A stretch of DNA of 64,000 nt. Origin: Eledone cirrhosa (lineage: Eukaryota). Made by a program: the position numbers and the translations under genes. The notes beneath the pieces were generated by a model. It was not told where the DNA came from. It ran no database searches and was given only the letters and a program-made list of their open reading frames with translations. The stretch covers positions 413,664,001 through 413,728,000 of the forward strand of contig OZ024741.1 in NCBI GenBank assembly GCA_964016885.1, in the 5' to 3' direction. Positions within the stretch are counted from its first letter, which is position 1; each line of letters begins with the position of its first letter. Positions 49,701-61,945 of this stretch are shown here, in pieces.

Positions 49701-51544
49701 TCAGGACCTCAGAACTTTCAGTAATCGTGTTTGGTCTACATACAGAGATGCCTGTTTGGCTCGTGGAATGCTTGAAGATGACTCACGATGGGATGCAACC
49801 TTGGTGGAGATCGCTTCATCACACTCAGCTGGAAGCCTACGAGAGGTCTTTGCAAAGCTTCTTCACTTATTTAACATTTGTGATCCCTACACATTATGGT
49901 TGAAGTTTCGGAACCAACTGTCTGAGGACTTCCTTCACCAGGCTCAACTACTACTTCCTGACATAGAAATAGATTTCAGTGATGATTTATACAATAAAGG
50001 GCTTATAGATATAGAGGACAGGATTTTCCTTATGGGTGGGAATGCCTTGCCAGCATACGGTCTTCCACAAACCCACCGCACTGATTCTAATAAAATTCCA
50101 ATTCTCATCATCCAAGAAACATCTTATGATGTCGATGCTCTAGCTAGATATGTGTTTGAAATGGAATCAAAACTACTTCCTGATCAACAATTAGCATACA
50201 ACACTATCACTGATTATGTATTTCATCGATCGGGTGGTATCTTCTTTCTTGATGCCCCTGGAGGCACTGGAAAAACCTTTGTGACTAAACTTATTCTTGC
50301 CAAAGTTAGATAGAATGAAGTTATCGCAATAGCTGTTGCATCATCTGGTATTGCTGCAACACTACTTCCTGGCGGTAGGACAGCACATTCTACCTTTAAG
50401 CTTCCGCTTAACTTGGTATCAGCTGAAACACCGCTCTGTGACATCACCAAGGATAGTCCCAGAGCAGAACTGCTACGGCGGTGCCAACTGATTGTGTGGG
50501 ATGAATGTACCATGGCTCACAAAGGAGCTATTGAGGCCTTAGATAGAACGCTAAAAGACATTAGAGACTGTCAGGAGACCATGGGGGGGGGGGGGTGTAA
50601 CTCTTTTGCTTTCAGGGGACTTTCGACAAACTTTGCCGGTTATTCCAAAGGGCACCAGAGCGGATCAAGTTCGGGCCTGCCTGAAGTCTTCTCCATTGTG
50701 GCAACAGGTAACAACACTTCGTCTGACCACTAACATGCGTATTCAACTGCATGGCGATACTGTGTCTGAAAAATTTGCTGAAGACCTTCTCATTCTTGGC
50801 GACGGCAAAGTACCTTCAGATGTGCATAGAGACATTGCACTCGACAATATATGCTGTCTGGTTAACACTGTCGAAGATCTCAAGGCAGCCGTTTTTCCCA
50901 GCTTGGTAGATAATTACCGCAATCATGCATGGCTGTGTGAGAGGGCTATATTAGCTCCTACAAATGTCACTGTCTCCGCCATTAATCGCCAAATGCTTGA
51001 AAGTCTTCCTGGAAATGATATGACTTTTAAGTCTATTGATACCAATGTTGATCCACATGATGCGGTCAGTTATCCCATTGAATTCCTCAATTCATTGGAC
51101 ATTCCTGGTCTACCTCAACATATTTTGTCTCTCAAGGAAGGATGTCCAGTTATACTTCTCAGGAATATAACTCCTCCCAAGCTTTGCAATGGTACACGCC
51201 TTGTTGTCAATAGGATGTCACAGCACATTATTTATGCTACGATTATGTCAGGGTGTGGAAAAGGAGAAGATGTTTTAATACCTATGGTAACTCTTACTAC
51301 ATCAGGAGTGGATGCACCCTATTCTTTTAAAAGAACTCAATTTCCCCTTCGTGCTGCCTTTGCTATGTCCATCAACAAGTCCCAGGGTCAGACTTTATCT
51401 GTTGCAGGACTTCACCTGGAGGAACCATGTTTCTCACATGGACAATTCTACGTTGGATGTTCTCGAGTTGGCAGCCGGAATAACCTTTTTGTGTTTGCTC
51501 CAAATGGAAAAACAAAGAATATTGTATACCGTGAGGTTTTATAG
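46760..51544 (+). CDS. Helitron RepHel protein (HUH/Y2 endonuclease + PIF1-family SF1 helicase), split by two poly-G frameshifts and one TAG
   Basis: Rep motifs PDLFITFTCNP, EWQKRGLPHAHIL, KYICKYVNK; helicase FFLDAPGGTGKT, IVWDECTM, GDFRQTLPV, FAMSINKSQGQTL, HGQFYVGCSRV; G-runs 47266-47281 and 50583-50595; TAG 50311-50313. Confidence 0.95.
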
Positions 51545-52923
51545 AGTTTTTATGTTCAAAATGGCAATGTTACACCAACTGCCTTAAATATATAGCATCT
51601 ACGAAACCTGAAAAAAGGAGACTTATTCAACATTGACGCAGTGCATTCTATTGACACCTAGACATACCTTTCAGTGCATTTGCAGAGTAAATTACAGTTA
51701 CCAATGCAACAGTGAATCACTTCTCATTTGAATTTTCTACCATTGTACAAATATATGTCAAACAACAGAACTATATACAAACTTATTCGCACTTCGTATT
51801 TGCACACACCGCCATCATATGCACCCACACATACGCCCACACACAGTTAAAAGAACGACATACATGCGTGCTCATGCATTAACACACACGCGACATCAGC
51901 AACTTCGAAACTGACGACATGACGCCAACTTCTTAACAAGCACAACGCCTCTGACACCATAGGACACATCACGAGACCTATAGGCCCGGCATTGCTTGCA
52001 AGTCAAAGTGGACTCTGGAATTGATGCTTTCGATTGTTAAGGACACCCTCCAGTCGCTGACAAGTCCGGCGTTTAATACGTAGACACACACAACTTGCCG
52101 CATACATACACAGATTGTTTCCGTCATTTCTTTCATTGTTTCAATATGCATTCCGACATGGACAACAAGCGACAACAGCATTTCTGGTGCGTCAAAGTAA
52201 ACTTTCGTCATCATTCTCAGTTGCACCTGAAGATGCAATGGAAGCAGCATTTCTGTTTTGTTGATTTTAGTGATTCTTTTTGGTGAATATGGCTTTTGCT
52301 GCAGCTATCCATTTCGCATGCTGTGGCTGTCTATAATCTGCCCGTCAAACTCACCATGGGTATGTTATGAGCTCTTCATACTTTATACTTAAACATCTGA
52401 GCTATTACATTGTCAATATTTTTTATCACAAGTGCAAACCTATTTGATGCTGCCTGCCCCTCGACTTCAGATAACGCATTTTTTTTTTTGTTCTTCATGT
52501 CCATCCAATTTCTTTGTTTCAAAATAACTGATAATTTGGTTACGCTAATGTTTTTCTCTGCGTTGCAGTGTTTACATTTTCGATCTTTGTTAATAAATAA
52601 CCAGTGCAGTTTCTATCCCCAGCATCCTCTTTTGTTATAACATTCGGGTTATCGTTATGTTTTCTTAACTTCATAAGGCATATTGTTGGTTGAGGGAATA
52701 TTAATCAAAAACACCACATGCAAGTCTGCACAGTAGACACTACAGTTTTTAAGCCAAGAAAGAAACTTAACATTGTAACTTTTATTGACCTGCAAAATTC
52801 ATCAGTTCGAACACTAAGCTTCCGTTTTGCTTCATTTCCATTTAAAAGCATTTTAAAACAATATTTTTACTTGAAAACAAGTCTATTTAAAGACTACGTA
52901 AAACAAGCAAATATTTCGTCGTT

Positions 52924-53178
52924 AGGCGTGCAGACAGACAGTCGTGCAGACAGATAGTCGTGCAGAGAGGTGATATACGCGTGCAGACAGACAGTCGTGC
53001 AGAGAGGTGATATACGCGTGCAGACAGATAGTCGTGCAGAGAGGTGATATAGGCGTGCAGACAGATAGTCGTGCAGAGAGGTGATATAGGCATGCAGACA
53101 GACAGTCGTGCAGAGAGGTGATATAGGCGTGCAGACAGATAGTCGTGCAGAGAGGTGATATAGGGGTGCAGACAGACA
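52924..53178 (+). repeat. 37-bp Helitron-internal minisatellite (variable copy number between units)
   Basis: GTGCAGACAGATAGTCGTGCAGAGAGGTGATATAGGC; also at ~39795-39975, 40880, 41875, 42870, 43695, 45781, 46195. Confidence 0.93.
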
Positions 53179-53483
53179 TAACTGATAATTTGGTTATGCT
53201 AATGTTTTTCTCTGCGTTGCAGTGTTTACATTTTCGATCTTTGTTAATAAATAACCAGTGCAGTTTCTATCCCCAGCATCCTCTTTTGTTATAACATTCG
53301 GGTTATCGTTATGTTTTCTTAACTTCATAAGGCATATTGTTGGTTGAGGGAATATTAATCAAAAACACCACATGCAAGTCTGCACAGTAGACACTACAGT
53401 TTTTAAGCCAAGAAAGAAACTTAACATTGTAACTTTAACACAGCTACTGAGCGACCCTGAGCAACGCCGGGCTTTACTGCTAG

Positions 53484-56400
53484 TAACTGATAATTTGGTT
53501 ACGCTAATGTTTTTCTCTGCGCTGCAGTGTTTACATTTTCGATCCTTGTTAATAAATAACCAGTGCAGTTTCTATCCCCAGCATCCTCTTTTGTTATAAC
53601 ATTCGGGTTATCGTTATGTTTTCTTAACTTCATAAGGCATATTGTTGGTTGAGGGAATCATCATCATCATCATCATCATCAACGTTTAACGTCCGTGTTC
53701 CACGCTTGCATGGGTTTGGACGGGGGTAGTCCCACTTGAGGCAAGAGTGATTGTCTTGCTCGCATAGGACTGTCTGGCAGGTTTTCTACAGTTGGATGCC
53801 CTTCCTAACACCAACCACATTTACAGTGTGGGTCTGGGAGGTTTTTACCGTGTTGCCTACACGGCCACATTACAGCGTGGACTGTGTGTTTTTTTGTCGT
53901 GACACCTACACGATCTCATTTGTTTCGGCCTGGATGGCGCGGCACCAACATAACTTTACATAGGACGGGGTGGTGTGGGTGGGTGGGGGTGGTGGCGGGA
54001 CGGGGTGTATTTTGTTAGAGATGCCTACTGGCAAGGCGGGTCTTCTCTGTTACTGAGTACCGCCAAAGGTCTCGGTCCAGTGACATTGTCTTGGAGAGGT
54101 GTAAGTGTGTGAGGTCGGAGTTTATCAGCTCGTCCCAGGTTTTTCTAGGTCTGCCTATTCCGTGGCTACCGTCTATCTTTATTGCCCTGCACTTTGTTAT
54201 ACAGCTATCGACTTTCATGCGCATCACGTGTCCATACCAACGTAGCCTTCTCTCGAGTAAACAACATCTGATCCCTCTTATCTCTAATTTTTTCCTTAGT
54301 TCGTTTATGCTTTGCCGTTCACGTATATTACTGTTACACATCCAGCGGAGCATGCAAGCTTCGTTCCTCTCTAGTCTGCGTATATCCTCTGCACACAATG
54401 CCCAGGTCTCACTGCCATGCAACATTGCTGTTCGTATGCAGGCATCGTACAACCTGCCTTTCATTTTTAGGGAGAACCCTTTAGCAGCTAATAGTGGTAT
54501 AAGCTCTCTGAACTTTTTCCAACCAGTTCTAACTCTAGCTACAGTACTTTCAGAGCACCCTCCCCCACTGCTGATTTTATCGCCCAGGTAACGGAAGCTG
54601 TCCACTATTTCTATAGAACCCTCTGCGCAATTGAAAGAGCTAGTATTTTGTGGGCACTTGCTGCTACTTATTGCACCAGAACACCGGCCACATGTAAAAT
54701 CTATGTTCTTAGTTAGCTTACCTGTGATCCCACTACATCTTTTATGCACCCATACTTTGCATTTAGGACATAAAATGGAGTTTCTACCTACGCCTTTCCT
54801 ACACACCGAGCACGACCATTTCCCAGAAGGGACCGCCGCCTTGTTTTCTTTCCTACAAACTAAAACTTTGGTCTTAGCCAGGTTAATTTTAAGTCCTTTT
54901 GACTCTAGGCCGTGCTTCCATGTTTGGAATTTCTTCTCTAGCTCGGCCATTGATTCCGCTATGAGTGTCAGGTCGTCTGCGTAGGAGTTCCCATGGGCAG
55001 CCTGTCTTGAACTCCTCTGTTATAGCCTGAAGGGCAATAATAAATAGTAGGGGGCTGAGAACAGAGCCCTGATGGACGCCAGCTTTTACGCTAAACTCTT
55101 CACTATATTCGTTGTTAATTCTAACCTTGCTGACTGTTTCTTTATACATGGCTTGTATAGCCCTCACAAGCCATTCGTCAACGCCTAGTTTTCTAAGAGC
55201 CCACCAGATAATGGAGCGGGGGACTCTGTCGAAGGCTTTCTCCAAGTCGACAAAAGCTAAGTAGAGGGGTTTACCTTTAGCTAGGAACTTCTCCTGTAGT
55301 TGTCGTACTATGAAAAGAGCGTCTGTGGTACTTTTGCCTGACACAAACCCGAACTGCATTTCATCTAGGTCAATTCTCTCTCTGATTAGTTGCGCTATTA
55401 CTTTTTCCGTGACCTTCATGACCTGGTCGATTAATTTAATGCCTCTATAGTTACTCCTATCTAGGGCGTCTCCTTTACCCTTATAACAGTTAACGATGAT
55501 GCTGCTATGCCAGTCCTTCGGAACAACCCCATTCTGTACGACTTGGTTAACTATGCGGGTGACCATGGTGTGTCCCACCGTGCCAGATGCCTTCAGCATC
55601 TCAGCAACTATTTCCGAAGGCCCAGCCGCCTTACCTGTCTTCATATCCTTGATTGCCTTACTTATTATACTCCCCTCGACTAACACTGCTGGTCCCTCTA
55701 TTGGGTCGACATGGGGGAGACTGTCTTTCTCCCATTTATTCTCCTCATTTAGTAGCCTTTCATAGTGACACTTCCAAGCTACCTTCTTATCAGTGTCGGT
55801 GATGGCAAGTATGCCATCATCGTTAAGTACACACTTCTCCCCGACAATATCACGGTTTTCCTTGACGCATTGCCTAGCAATCCTGAACACCTCACGTTTT
55901 TGGTCATCGCGTTGTAGGACATGCTTGAACTTTCTTTCCTCAGCTTCCCTTCTTGCTAAGTACACTTCTCTCCTAGCTTCCCTCCTGGCCACTTGATAGT
56001 CTACTCTACTTCCCCCATCCCGCCATACTTTCCAAGCCTGCTTTTTTGGCCTTAATTGACCCCTCCACCTTACTGTTCCACCACCATGTTACTCTCCTCC
56101 TGCCTACAGACCTGCTCCAGCCACAGACTTCGTCTGTCGCCAACAGCAGGTTTGCTTTCAGAAATTCCCACTGTCCCTCTATATTGTCCGACTCTAAATG
56201 TTCTTCCTTACTGTCGAAAGCATCAAGTAATATGTTTTGAAATTTATTTTTGGCTGTGGGGTCCTTTAGCTTCCATATTTTTCTCCTGAGGATAGTCCTC
56301 TTCTGCTGTCGAGTACGTCTCGTCCTGACTATGAGGTCGCTAATTATCAGTCTATGTTGGGAGGTGCATTCTTCATGGGGGAGGGAATTAGTGTTTACAA

Positions 56401-58052
56401 CAGACACTCTGTCACGTCTTCTGGTAAGGATATAATCTACCTGGCTTGTGTGTTCCCCGGATCTATAGGTGATCAGGTGATTGTCACGTTTTTTGAAGTT
56501 AGTGTTACAGATAGTTAGGTTATTTGCATCACAGAATTCCAGGATTCTGGAGCCTTCCTCATTTCTAGTACCAAACCCATAGCCTCCATGGATTTCGTCG
56601 TAGCCGTCACAATGTTGCCCAACGTGACCATTTAGGTCGCCTGCAATAATTATATAGTCACTGTCAGATATTTGGGAGGTAGTGAGCATCAGTGTCTCAT
56701 AGAATCTGTCTTTTATAGTGCCGGGCAGTCCGGATTGGGGTGCGTACGCAGATATTACTGTCACCGTAGTTCTATTGAGGACAAGTCGTATTTTAATTAT
56801 TCTGTCGTTCACTCTATTTACGTCTATTATCTTATCTGCCCACTTTTCTGCTACCATGATTCCTACTCCACCCAGCCCATCGTCGTTTCCCACCCAGAAA
56901 AGCTTATAACATCGTTTTTTACCCTCAATGAATCTAGCAGACCCACCCCTCCACCTGGTCTCTTGAATACAACAAACATCGACCTCCTTACGTTCAAGCA
57001 TTTCTACAACCTCGTTAGCGCGACCCTTTAGGGTGCCTACATTTATGGTACCAACTCTGAAGTTTTGGATCGCGTTTGGAGGGTGGGGGTGGGGGGGTGG
57101 GGGGCGGGGGGAGATGGGGTTATGTTAGCCATCCGCGGGCGAAACAAAGAAGAGTGCTCGCATTCTCGTCCACGAGGTGAATTTGACTTTAGCATTGGCA
57201 TTTTCGCTCTGAGCGTCCAGATTTTTCTCTCCCTTCCACTCTCCAGGATTCCGCAGTCCGTCCATCCATCCATCCATCCATCCATCATATATCGAAGGCA
57301 ACCGTGCAAGCGATAGTATAGGCCTCTGGCTTATGATTGGTCCGCGTAATAATAATAATGGTGATGCGTGTGGGGGGGGTCTCTGGCTTATGATTGGTCC
57401 ACGTATTAAGAATGGTGGTGTGTGGGGGCGGGTGGGGTAGCTAGCTGGAAGGTTATGAATGTTTAACAGCGAGTAACAAAAAGCAAAACTGCAAGATTTG
57501 TTCTGTTCAATACGACAAAAACACCGTATTTAAACCTTAATAAATAACAAAAAATACAGATTTCGGATTTTGCGAGATTGGATGTTTGGACTATGTACGA
57601 AATTGTGGTGTGTGGAGTAGATAGGAAAAACGTGAACGTTACGATTACATGGTTACACCGTAGTAGGGGTAGTTGAAGCAGCAATTGTTTGGCGAAAGTG
57701 AATAAACATGAACGGGAATTTATCTTATATATATATATGTGTGTGTGTGTAGCTAAGAGAGAGAGAGAGAGAGTGGGAAGGGGGAGAGAGAGAGAGTGTG
57801 GCTGACCGCAACCCCTCGTGAAGAAGATGGTGGGTGAAGGGTGTATGAGCGGGATTTTTGACTTTCGAGGTAGCATGATATATATATTTAAAGTAAATTA
57901 TAAGAAGTAGAATAGGAAGAATATTAATCAAAAACACCACATGCAAGTCTGCACAGTAGACACTACAGTTTTTAAGCCAAGAAAGAAACTTAACATTGTA
58001 ACTTTAACACAGCTACTGAGCGACCCCGAGCAACGCCGGGCTTTACTGCTAG
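53484..58052 (+). mobile_element. Duplicated Helitron 3' segment split by an RTE insertion (53484-53658 and 57919-58052)
   Basis: ..GTTGAGGGAAT| resumes as |GAATATTAATCAAAAACACC... and ends hairpin + CTAG|T at 58052. Confidence 0.92.
53659..57918 (-). mobile_element. RTE-clade LINE copy 4, apparently full length and young (two frameshifts)
   Basis: APE 56006-57060, RT 54889-55992, PHD-like finger and C-terminus 54015-54950, (GAT)n tail, ~0.85 kb 5' region; very similar to copy 1. Confidence 0.96.
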
Positions 58053-58058
58053 TAGAAT

Positions 58059-58323
58059 ATAAAAGAAAAACAAACGCATACATATAGATATATGTGTTCA
58101 AATCGTAAGGGACCGGATTTGCTAAGGTGAAAAGAATACTAACTATAGACAATTGGGTTTGCTTGTCTCAATTTAAGAAAAAATTAAGAAAATAAATACA
58201 AACCGGAATTGTAGTAACTACCAATCACCCAGACAACTTCTTGTTGTTTCGCAATGTTAATTGTGAATAGAATTACTAATTCAAGCTCATATATGTATAT
58301 CTATGTGTTTGTTTTTCTTTTAT
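58059..58323. repeat. Element bounded by ~40-bp inverted repeats
   Basis: ATAAAAGAAAAACAAACGCATACATATAGATATATG vs CATATATGTATATCTATGTGTTTGTTTTTCTTTTAT. Confidence 0.7.
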
Positions 58324-58387
58324 ATATATATATATATATTAGAAAAAACGAGGAAGTTTCGTTTACATGTATATGATATTTATTTTG

Positions 58388-58483
58388 TACTGACCTTTTA
58401 GCTGAGTTTTGCAGAGGATTGGCTCAAGGTCACCCATAGGAGTCATGGACCTGACTCCACTATCGATCTGCTCTTCAGATTGG
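58388..58483 (-). ncRNA. Degenerate hammerhead motif with long stem II
   Basis: Minus strand CTGAAGA-GCAG...CTGC-AAAA(GAAA)-C..GTC; internal hairpin GGAGTCA..TGACTCC. Confidence 0.4.
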
Positions 58484-58873
58484 CGATGTAACAAAAAAAT
58501 ATAGTGTTTGTTGTGGTTTAGGAGATGATGGGTGTATATAGGTATTGCAGAGTAATTGGTGGGGCAGCTTTGCGCGTGTATATTCACACATATTCATGTG
58601 CGTGTAAGCATGTAGGGATTCGTGTGTGTCTACTTGCGTGTGTAGGCGGGTATTGGTATGTGATATGGACATTCTAAGACTGGCTTTGGTGTAAACAGGA
58701 AGATGAAGTGGGGGGGGGGGGGGTCATGCTAGGACGATCCAGTAATAGTTCATTGTATCCCCATGCAAGCATAGAACAGCAGATGTAATAACATTATGAT
58801 GATGATATATGTATAATATATACCTTCCATATACTGTACCGACTGTGTTGTTATTTCTGTTTACCTTTTACAT

Positions 58874-58948
<75 letters not shown>

Positions 58949-59188
58949 TTAGCGAGAATCGCATTTCGGCGAGTAGAAATTAGCGAAACGCAATTTCCGA
59001 TTTGTGTTGACAAGCGCTCAATAGATAAGAAGATACCAGAGCAATAAACATAAGATAAAAAGGCCATACAAAACTGAGACGATGGTTAAGAAGCCATTAA
59101 CCACCTAAGCCAAAAAGGTGAGCAAGCTAAGCGGATCAAACAAAATAAAATATGATTGATATATTTATATATATAATATATAAATATT

Positions 59189-59219
<31 letters not shown>

Positions 59220-59292
59220 ATATATCATCATCATCATCATCTTCGTTTAACGTCCATTTTCCACGCTAGCATGGGTTAGATATATATATATA

Positions 59293-61880
59293 TCATCATC
59301 ATCATAATCATCACCGTTTTACGTCCGTTCTTCCACGCTAGCATGGGTTAGACGGGTTGTCCTGTTGTGGGCAGTGTCTGGTCGGCGGACCATGCCTTGC
59401 TCATACAGGAACTGATGTGGGCTTGGTTTCTACAGCTGGATGCCCTTCCTAACACCAACCTCATTTACAGTGAGTGCTGGGTGCTTTTTCCGTGGCGCCT
59501 ACATGTCCACTTTACAGTGTGGGCTGGGTGCTTTTTTGCCGTGGCACCTCCACGACCACCTTGCAGTGGGAGGGTGTGTGGGCATATTGTCTATATGCTT
59601 CAGCTTGTACCCATGGGAGGTCGGGTACTCTGTATTACTGCGTGACGCCAGAGGTCACGGTCGTGTGTCATCGCCTTTGAGAGGTGCAACTGGGTAAGAT
59701 CGGCCCCTATCACCTCATCCCAGGTCTTCTTGGGTCTCTCCACTCCGCGGCTTCCATTGACTTATAGTGCTCTATACCTTTTTATGCAGCAGTCATCCTT
59801 CTTTCGCATCACATGTCCATACCAATGCAACCTCCTCTCCTGCACACAGCATTTGATTCCTCTTATGCCCAGTCTCTCTCTCAATTCATTTATGCTTTGC
59901 CTTTCGCGTATATTATTATTACACATCCATCGGAGCATGCAGGCTTCGTTTCTCTCTAATCTCCGTAAGTCTTCCACCTTCAGCGCCCAGGTCTCACTAC
60001 CATGTAACATTGCTGTTCGGATACACGCATCATACAGTCTGCCTTTCATTTTGAGGGAGAAGCCTTTTGCAGCTAGCAGTGGCAGTAGTTCCCTGAACTT
60101 CTTCCATCCCGTTCTTACTCTAGTTATTGTACTTTCTGAACACCCACCTCCGCTGCTAATTCGGTCAGCTAGGTAGCAGAAGCTGTCTACTGTTTCTACA
60201 GAGCCCTCCCAGAGATTGGTGGTACTTGTTTCCTGTGTCTGTTTGCTGCTTGCTGTCCCAACACAGCTGCTACATGTGAAGCCTACATTCTTAATTAAGC
60301 TTCCTGAGATCCCGCTACATCTCTTGTGTACCCATAGTTTGCATTTGGGGCAGAGAATGGAGTTCCTACATACTGAGCAAGGCCATTTCCCTGAGAGGAT
60401 CTAGGTTCTGTTTTCTCGTCTACTTACAAGGACCTTAGTCTTTGTCATGTTGACTTTGAGACTCTTTCTTTCTAGTTCCTGCTTCCAAGTTTGGAATTTC
60501 TCTCAACTTCTACCATAGATTCAGCTATAAGTGCGAGGTCATCTGCATACAGGAGTTCCCATGGGCATCCGGTCTTAAACTCCTCCGTTATTGCCTGCAG
60601 GACTATAATGAACAGGAGAGGGCTAAGAACAGAGCCCTAGTGGACACCAACCTGTACGCTAAATTCCTCGCTATACTCATTGCTAATCCTAATTTTGCTG
60701 ACTGCTCCCCTATACATGGCTTGTACAGCTTTCACAAGCCATTCATCTACTCCTAGTTTTCTAAGAGCCCACCAGATTACAGCACGTGGAACTCTGTCAA
60801 AGGCTTTCTCGAGATCGACGAATGCCAGGTAGAGTGGCTTACTTTTAGCTAGGTACTTTTCCTGTAATTGCCTCACAAGGAAGAGGGCATCAGTGGTGCC
60901 TCTTCCTGGTACAAACCCAAATTGCATCTCATCTAGTTTCACCCGGTCCCTAATAAACTGTGCTATAACTCTTTCTGTTACTTTCATGACCTGGTCCATC
61001 AGCTTTATACCTCTATAGTTTCCTCTATCTAGTGCATCACCTTTACCTGTGTAGCACTTGACAATGATGCTACTGCACCAATCTTTTGGTATGACACCTT
61101 TTAGTATTACCCGGTTAACAATACGTGTGGTTATAGTGTGACTTACAGACCCAGATGCCTTCAGCATCTCGGCAGCTATACCCGATGGACCGGTTGCCTT
61201 CCCCATCTTCATATCTTTGATTGCCTTACTTACTACGCTGCTGCTGACTTGTACTGCTGGCCCCTCTATAGGGTCTACTTGGGGTAGGGTCTCTTCTTCC
61301 CATGCATTCTCCTCATTTAGTAATCTATCATAATGGCTCTTTCATGCATCTTTCTTCTCAGCACTTGTGAGGGCAAGCTCACCTTTATATTTCCGGATAC
61401 ACTTCTCTCCAATGACATCACAATTCTCTCTGACACACTGCCTCACAATCTTGAACATCTCCTGTTTCTGGTCCTCACGTTGCAAAACATGCTTGAATTT
61501 TCTATCCTCTGCTTCCCTCCTAGCTAAGTATACTTGTCGCCTAGCTTCCCTCTTGGTCTCTATGTAATGTACCCTGCTTCCCCCATTCTTTCCATGCCTG
61601 TCTCTTGGTCTTAACTGCCTCATCTACCTTATTGCTCCACCACCAAGTCACTCTCCTCCTGCTTGTGGTCTTACTCCAGCCACAGATCTCATCTGTCGCC
61701 TCTAGTAAGTTATTTTTTAGGAACTCCCAGTGCTCTTCTACATTGAATGTCTGTATCTGTTCTTCTTTACTGTCATAGGCGTTGAGTAAAATATCTTTAA
61801 ATCTGTTACTGGTTGAGGGGTATTTCAGCTTCCAGACCTTTCTTCTCCAGGTTGGCCTCTGCTTCCAGGTTTGTCTAGTT
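59293..61880 (-). mobile_element. RTE-clade LINE copy 5 (copy-2 subfamily), 5'-truncated, disrupted
   Basis: RT fragments 60637-61212 and 59762-60049; tail at 59293; near-identical to 21968-24520. Confidence 0.95.
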
Positions 61881-61911
61881 ACATATATATTATATATATC
61901 GTCTAGTTATA

Positions 61912-61942
<31 letters not shown>

Positions 61943-61945
61943 ACT

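Larger units (their letters stand above)
45355..53483 (+). mobile_element. Autonomous-type Helitron (~8.1 kb) sharing termini with the array units
   Basis: Family 5' end (TC altered to TA), internal RepHel ORFs, 37-bp internal minisatellites, 3' hairpin + CTAG at 53480-53483. Confidence 0.95.

Noticed and set aside
57110-57230. HDV-like ribozyme in the RTE 5' region (minus strand TTC-ACCTCGT-GGA ... GCTAA)
   Set aside because: P3/L3 and J4/2-like motifs are present but I could not form P1, P1.1 or P2; an RNArobo/Infernal search would be needed
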